Virus record (IMG/VR): IMGVR_UViG_3300005458_000017
Length of the DNA stretch: 20,000 nucleotides
Strand: one strand, 5' to 3'
Origin: an uncultured virus (IMG/VR IMGVR_UViG_3300005458_000017)
Taxonomy: Duplodnaviria > Heunggongvirae > Uroviricota > Caudoviricetes
The notes under the pieces were generated by a model. The model was not told the origin of the DNA and made no database searches. It saw only the letters and a program-made list of their open reading frames with translations. Positions within the stretch are counted from its first letter, which is position 1. Every line of letters starts with the position of its first letter. This document shows, in pieces, positions 16,336 through 20,000 of the stretch. The position numbers and the translations under genes are program-made.

Positions 16336-16350
16336 TTAACAAAAGATTAA
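16336..16350. promoter_or_regulatory. Perfect CtrA box TTAA-N7-TTAA
   Basis: TTAAcaaaagaTTAA immediately upstream of the methyltransferase-like gene. Confidence 0.7.
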
Positions 16351-16436
16351 AAACACTTTTTTGGTCCTAGATATTTCCGAAGCGGGTCTCGCGCAGCGAG
16401 ACGGGGGCCGCCTGGCCATGCGGGGGGCGGGGCACG

Positions 16437-16468
16437 AAAAAAGCCCGCACCGTGTGAGGGTGCGGGCT
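16437..16468 (-). terminator. Rho-independent terminator
   Basis: Minus strand AGCCCGCACC-7 nt-GGTGCGGGCT-TTTTT, just after gene 16496-16723. Confidence 0.85.
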
Positions 16469-16495
16469 GCGTAGAACAGTTCGAGTGTGGAAAGG

Positions 16496-16723
16496 TTACA
16501 CCGGCGGGATGGTCGCGTTCAGCGAAACCTTGATATCGTCGCCGACGTTCATGAAGCCATCGGTCGAGGCGATCAGGCGATTGACGGTGCTTTCCGGCAA
16601 CCCCTTCTCCTTCGCCTTGGCGAGACCCGACTTGGAAGGCTGGGCGGCTTTCCGGGCTTCCTTACTCACGTCGATGGTCAGGGTCAGCAGATTGCCTTCC
16701 ATTTTTGCACTCACGTTAGGCAT
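16496..16723 (-). CDS. Small basic beta-rich hypothetical protein (75 aa)
   Basis: RBS GAGGGGAG before ATG 16723; MPNVSAKMEGNLLTLTIDVS...PSKSG...IASTDG; has its own terminator. Confidence 0.75.
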   Translation of the reverse strand: MPNVSAKMEGNLLTLTIDVSKEARKAAQPSKSGLAKAKEKGLPESTVNRLIASTDGFMNVGDDIKVSLNATIPPV

Positions 16724-16868
16724 TGTACTCCCCTCAAAGTTGTGCCGATGGCGGGATGCTGATTGGTCAACCTTGCCGCGTCGGACACCCTTTGCGCACG
16801 GTGCAGGTGAATCGCGCGAGCACATCGCGCGCGTAAGCCTGGTCACGAAACCACGTCCTAAAGGTTTT

Positions 16869-16912
16869 CTCTTGTATTTAGATACCTTTCGCTCTTGTAT
16901 TTAGATACCTTT
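16869..16912. repeat. Perfect 21-bp direct repeat CTCTTGTATTTAGATACCTTT x2
   Basis: Copies at 16869-16889 and 16892-16912. Confidence 0.9.
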
Positions 16913-17000
16913 TAGGGCGTGACTAATGGTCGGGAGCTTGACTAATCGATTTTACTTGGATGTAAATAGTTGAAATATTTCACCTTTTGCCTGATTTTTA

Positions 17001-17265
17001 AGTCAAATAGTCAAATAGACAAGACTTTTTGAGGGACGGTGGGCAGATCGCAGCCTTACAGTCGGCAATAAAGTTTCGCCGAATAGCTAAATAGTAATTT
17101 TGATTCTTAAATATAAGATTGAATGAAAAATCAATGGGTTACAAGGTGGCAAGGTGAATGTTCTTGTTTCTCCCCTGCTTAACACTTTTCGACCCTATCT
17201 GGAACTTTTAGCCCCCGTTTTGCCACCCGACCCTCTAAAACCCTTGTCTATTTTACTAGTTGACT
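17001..17265. repeat. 45-bp imperfect inverted repeats containing 8-bp TTGACTAW units
   Basis: 17001-17045 versus the reverse complement of 17221-17265: 37/45 identity by hand alignment. Confidence 0.85.
17129..17141 (+). promoter_or_regulatory. IHF consensus site
   Basis: AATCAATGGGTTA matches WATCAANNNNTTR, with AT-rich upstream DNA, at the symmetry centre of the inverted repeats. Confidence 0.7.
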
Positions 17266-17440
17266 AATTACACGTCCGTGATTTCGCGTGATTAGTCAAA
17301 TAGTCAAACACCCAAACCACCTCACCTTAACGAGCTTTAACACTTTCCAACTCCTCACCTTATGGGGCGCGTTCGACGCGGCGCTTTTGCCGCGCGCCGT
17401 TCCCCCGTCGGGGCGAACTCAACTCGCGGTTGTCGGCGAA

Positions 17441-17455
17441 TTACCGTCCCGGTAA
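17441..17455. promoter_or_regulatory. Operator-like palindrome TTACCG-N3-CGGTAA
   Basis: Second copy at 19626-19640; both are intergenic. Confidence 0.6.
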
Positions 17456-17509
17456 GCGCCTCCAACTGCCGCCGCTGATGCGTCGGCTAACCCTGCTGAG
17501 GAGCAGCCC

Positions 17510-17722
17510 ATGACCAAGATCAACCACCGCCACAACTCGCTCTTTCCTGCACGCCGGACCAGCGCAGCATTCGATTCTGCATCGAAGTGTGAACTCGCTT
17601 ATCTCGATGCCGTCTCGCACATGCAAGCCGAGCGTCTGCGCTACGGCAAGAGCACGACACTCACACAATTTATTTACGAGCAGGCGCCTAAGCGCCGTGA
17701 TCCCAACGGAGGGTCACGCTGA
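17510..17722 (+). CDS. Hypothetical protein
   Basis: RBS GAGGAG; TGATG-coupled to the next gene. Confidence 0.7.
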   Translation: MTKINHRHNSLFPARRTSAAFDSASKCELAYLDAVSHMQAERLRYGKSTTLTQFIYEQAPKRRDPNGGSR

Positions 17723-17946
17723 TGGCCCTGAAAAAAGGTGACAGAGCGAACTTCAACACGCTCTTGAAAGCTGCACAGGCCGGGCACCTTGCGCTGGTCG
17801 AGAGCCAAGATGCAGTGACCGGCGAGTATCGTGCCGTGCTTACGGCGATCGTGTTCGACGGTAGCGAATATCACGTCACGCCGTTCGGGCACCTTGCCAC
17901 TGGCAACCCCTATGAGCAGTACGCCGACCCTACGGGAGGCGTGTGA
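17722..17946 (+). CDS. Conserved small protein, probably DUF6117-like
   Basis: ANFNTLLKAA...LALVE...TPFGHL...GNPYE resembles a family recalled from alphaproteobacterial mobile elements; the family name needs checking. RBS GGAGG. Confidence 0.7.
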   Translation: MALKKGDRANFNTLLKAAQAGHLALVESQDAVTGEYRAVLTAIVFDGSEYHVTPFGHLATGNPYEQYADPTGGV

Positions 17947-18182
17947 TGCAGATCATCGTTCACGGCGTTAGCTGGGAAGCGCTCTCGCCGTCGTATTTCC
18001 GCAACAGCGAAGCCCAGGCCGACGTGTTTTACGGTGGCATGGTGGCAGGGTGGCGCATCCACCCCACCGGCGAGCGCCACTACCTCAATGCGCCGTTCCT
18101 GAACCGCGACCACGCCATGGAGTACGTGGCCAACCGCGGCAAGGGGATGACGTTGGGGGATATTTTGGAGGACTTCTCGTGA
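17946..18182 (+). CDS. Hypothetical protein
   Basis: RBS GGAGG; stop/start overlap. Confidence 0.65.
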   Translation: MQIIVHGVSWEALSPSYFRNSEAQADVFYGGMVAGWRIHPTGERHYLNAPFLNRDHAMEYVANRGKGMTLGDILEDFS

Positions 18183-18397
18183 AGACCTGGCCAATTCCCA
18201 CCATCCCACACCGCGAGAGCCCTGGCGATCGCCTGTGTGGGATCAACGAAAGAGCCCCGAGACCTTACCACGTGAGCGAGAGAGTGAGGGCGTTGCGCAC
18301 GTGCGCAACGCCCTGCGAACACAACTGCCGCCATCCGGCCTGTGCGCAAGGTTGCAAGGTGGACCAGCGCCGGCGTGCATTCATGGAAGGACAGTAA
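18179..18397 (+). CDS. Cys-rich hypothetical protein (72 aa)
   Basis: GGAGG plus GTGA overlap at 18179; CATPCEHNCRHPACAQGC. Confidence 0.55.
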   Translation: MKTWPIPTIPHRESPGDRLCGINERAPRPYHVSERVRALRTCATPCEHNCRHPACAQGCKVDQRRRAFMEGQ

Positions 18398-18398
18398 C

Positions 18399-18638
18399 AT
18401 GGCGTACTATCAAGTTCAGATAGATGTTCGGGTCCACGACGTAGCCGAGCTTCGCGCCTTTGCACTAGCCCGCGCAGTCGAAGCCGGCATATCGAAAGCC
18501 GATTTCATCGACCAAGAATGCGATGACCCGCAAGATAACGTCGAGTACTGGCTGGGCTGGGTCTTCGATGCCGGCACTCCAGAGGGCTGCGGTATCGAAA
18601 TAGAAGACTCTCGCGCTGTGTATGAAGGTGACGCGTGA
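18399..18638 (+). CDS. Acidic hypothetical protein
   Basis: RBS AAGGA before ATG 18399. Confidence 0.7.
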   Translation: MAYYQVQIDVRVHDVAELRAFALARAVEAGISKADFIDQECDDPQDNVEYWLGWVFDAGTPEGCGIEIEDSRAVYEGDA

Positions 18639-18811
18639 TGCACGTCATCATCGTGTTCTTCAACACAGCGCGCACTGAGTACCTCGTGATCGGACCTTAC
18701 AAGTCCCTTCGCGAGCTACAGCGCGGCATGACAGCAGCGAAAAGCTACGTTGCAGCGCACGCCATTGAACGCGCAGTCCTGCGCGCCCCGCTACCAACAG
18801 GAGGTAAGTGA
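18638..18811 (+). CDS. Hypothetical protein (57 aa, MHVIIVFFNTARTEYLVIGPY...)
   Basis: Below the track cutoff; TGATG-coupled and fills the gap exactly. Confidence 0.6.
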   Translation: MHVIIVFFNTARTEYLVIGPYKSLRELQRGMTAAKSYVAAHAIERAVLRAPLPTGGK

Positions 18812-18812
18812 C

Positions 18813-18998
18813 ATGAAAACACGATTCAGGGCTGTAGCTCACATCCCGCGGGGTTCCGGGGATGCCGAATATCATATCGTCACCTCCGAAGGAACGGTGG
18901 TTGCGATCATCGACCCGAATATGGCTTTCGACGATCCCGCTGACCTTGCGGAACGGATTGCCGAGGCCATGAACGTTGATCCTGAAGCAATTTGCTGA
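18813..18998 (+). CDS. Hypothetical protein
   Basis: RBS AGGAGGT before ATG 18813. Confidence 0.7.
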   Translation: MKTRFRAVAHIPRGSGDAEYHIVTSEGTVVAIIDPNMAFDDPADLAERIAEAMNVDPEAIC

Positions 18999-19071
18999 TC
19001 CCGCCCGATAAATAAAAAATAAACGGTTGGGACACACCCCTTAACAAATCGAACCAGAGGAGCATGTGCAG

Positions 19072-19275
19072 ATGCCCAAGTTCAACGTGACGTTTCGCGA
19101 CAGCATGCGCGCCCCGGTCAAGATCGAGGCCGGCTACGCCGTGATCGTGGAGGGCCACCTCTGTTTCCGCAATCGCGTAGACGGCAACTATCCGAGCACC
19201 CAGCGCGTGTTCGCTCATGGCGTCTGGGCTGACTACGAACAGATGCAGCCGGAACCGATGGGGGAGGGCATCTGA
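19072..19275 (+). CDS. Hypothetical protein
   Basis: RBS GAGGAG; alternative start GTG 19066; TGATG-coupled to the next gene. Confidence 0.65.
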   Translation: MPKFNVTFRDSMRAPVKIEAGYAVIVEGHLCFRNRVDGNYPSTQRVFAHGVWADYEQMQPEPMGEGI

Positions 19276-19622
19276 TGCGAACCCCATCCAGGCGAACAGC
19301 GCGCAGTCACGCCGCAGCCACGCTGCGATACATGAACTCCGAGGCATATCGAAAGGTGGCACTCGCTGGCGGTGGTGCGCGTGAAACAGCCCGTAGAGCG
19401 AAGCGCAAGCGAGCCCGCTACGACACCGTGCTTGACCCGGAGTTCGACACGAATAACTCCGAAGCGTTGATCGGCCCGATCGCGAGTGCCGATGAAGGCT
19501 ACAGCAACACCGAACACGCGATCGCAACATCAGAAGTGTTGCTCGGCAAATCCCACACCCAGCGTCTCATTGAGGGAGCGTCCGACGCGGCGAGCTTCGA
19601 AGTGTCGGGCTCGTTGAAATAA
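19275..19622 (+). CDS. Hypothetical protein with basic N-terminal and acidic C-terminal halves
   Basis: RBS GGAGG; coupled start. Confidence 0.55.
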   Translation: MRTPSRRTARSHAAATLRYMNSEAYRKVALAGGGARETARRAKRKRARYDTVLDPEFDTNNSEALIGPIASADEGYSNTEHAIATSEVLLGKSHTQRLIEGASDAASFEVSGSLK

Positions 19623-19625
19623 TTT

Positions 19626-19640
19626 TTACCGCGACGGTAA
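19626..19640. promoter_or_regulatory. Operator-like palindrome TTACCG-N3-CGGTAA
   Basis: Arms identical to 17441-17455. Confidence 0.6.
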
Positions 19641-19707
19641 ACCCGCGAAGTGGGTGCGAAGCGCCAGCGGCACGAACGAGCAAACATAACATGAGGAGCA
19701 ACATAAC

Positions 19708-20000
19708 ATGAGCATCACGATCACGCACAAACACACCGGCGCTTCGCTGTTCGTCAGTCCGAATAGCACAACCATTGTCGATGCAGTGAAAGACGCCATC
19801 AAAAGTGGCGCGTACTTGAGTGGCGCGAACTTGCGTGGCGCGGACTTGATTGGCGCGTACTTGAGTGGCGCGTACTTGAGTGGCGCGTACTTGAGTGGCG
19901 CGAACTTGCGTGGCGCGAACTTGCGTGGCGCGAACTTGCGTGACGCGAAATTGGGAGATCAGTGGATCATCCAGGGTGCCACTCGTAGCGACGGCTACCC
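19708..20000 (+). CDS. Pentapeptide-repeat protein, runs off the window edge
   Basis: Not in the track. [24 protein letters not shown]...[63 protein letters not shown]. Confidence 0.9.
   Translation, partial: MSITITHKHTGASLFVSPNSTTIVDAVKDAIKSGAYLSGANLRGADLIGAYLSGAYLSGAYLSGANLRGANLRGANLRDAKLGDQWIIQGATRSDGY
19810..19944 (+). repeat. Nine 15-bp tandem units encoding A(Y/N/D)LxG
   Basis: GCGTACTTGAGTGGC and GCGAACTTGCGTGGC units, many nucleotide-identical. Confidence 0.9.

Larger units (their letters stand above)
1..20000. mobile_element. Temperate tailed phage genome segment (likely alphaproteobacterial host), non-integrated configuration
   Basis: TerL, portal, integrase/excisionase, attP with phage genes on both sides, many small overlapping hypothetical genes, no host housekeeping genes. 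Confidence 0.93.

Noticed and set aside
16869..17307. CRISPR array
   Set aside because: Only two 21-bp copies 2 bp apart plus 8-bp units; no spacer pattern and no cas genes.
17327..17340. Canonical CtrA box
   Set aside because: Spacing is TTAA-N6-TTAA, not N7.
19810..19944. DGR template or variable repeat
   Set aside because: Simple coding tandem repeat; no reverse transcriptase or TR/VR pair in the window.

Overview
This window is part of a temperate, podovirus-like phage genome, probably infecting Alphaproteobacteria (Hyphomicrobiales-like host inferred from the tRNA-Val core, the CtrA-like domain and CtrA boxes). Phage genes lie on both sides of an attP, so it appears to be the non-integrated form. 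Reading the minus strand from about 16.7 kb towards base 1: a Dcm-like methyltransferase, xis/int and attP (3' half of tRNA-Val(CAC) plus 11-bp arm repeats), a receiver-less CtrA-like winged-helix regulator, putative TerS, a metallophosphoesterase, TerL, portal, three fibre-like proteins sharing one N-terminal motif (two are Gly-X-Thr collagens), a GT2-TPR-beta-propeller glycosyltransferase and an HtrL-like glycosyltransferase. An AT-rich symmetric region at 16.85-17.36 kb (inverted repeats centred on a perfect IHF site) separates these from a plus-strand run of small early-type genes ending in a pentapeptide-repeat gene. The best novelty candidates are (1) a phage-encoded CtrA-like regulator with its own apparent regulon, including a 39-bp element repeated ahead of terL and portal, and (2) a collagen-fibre glycosylation module. 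All family calls come from motif recognition by eye; no database searches were run.
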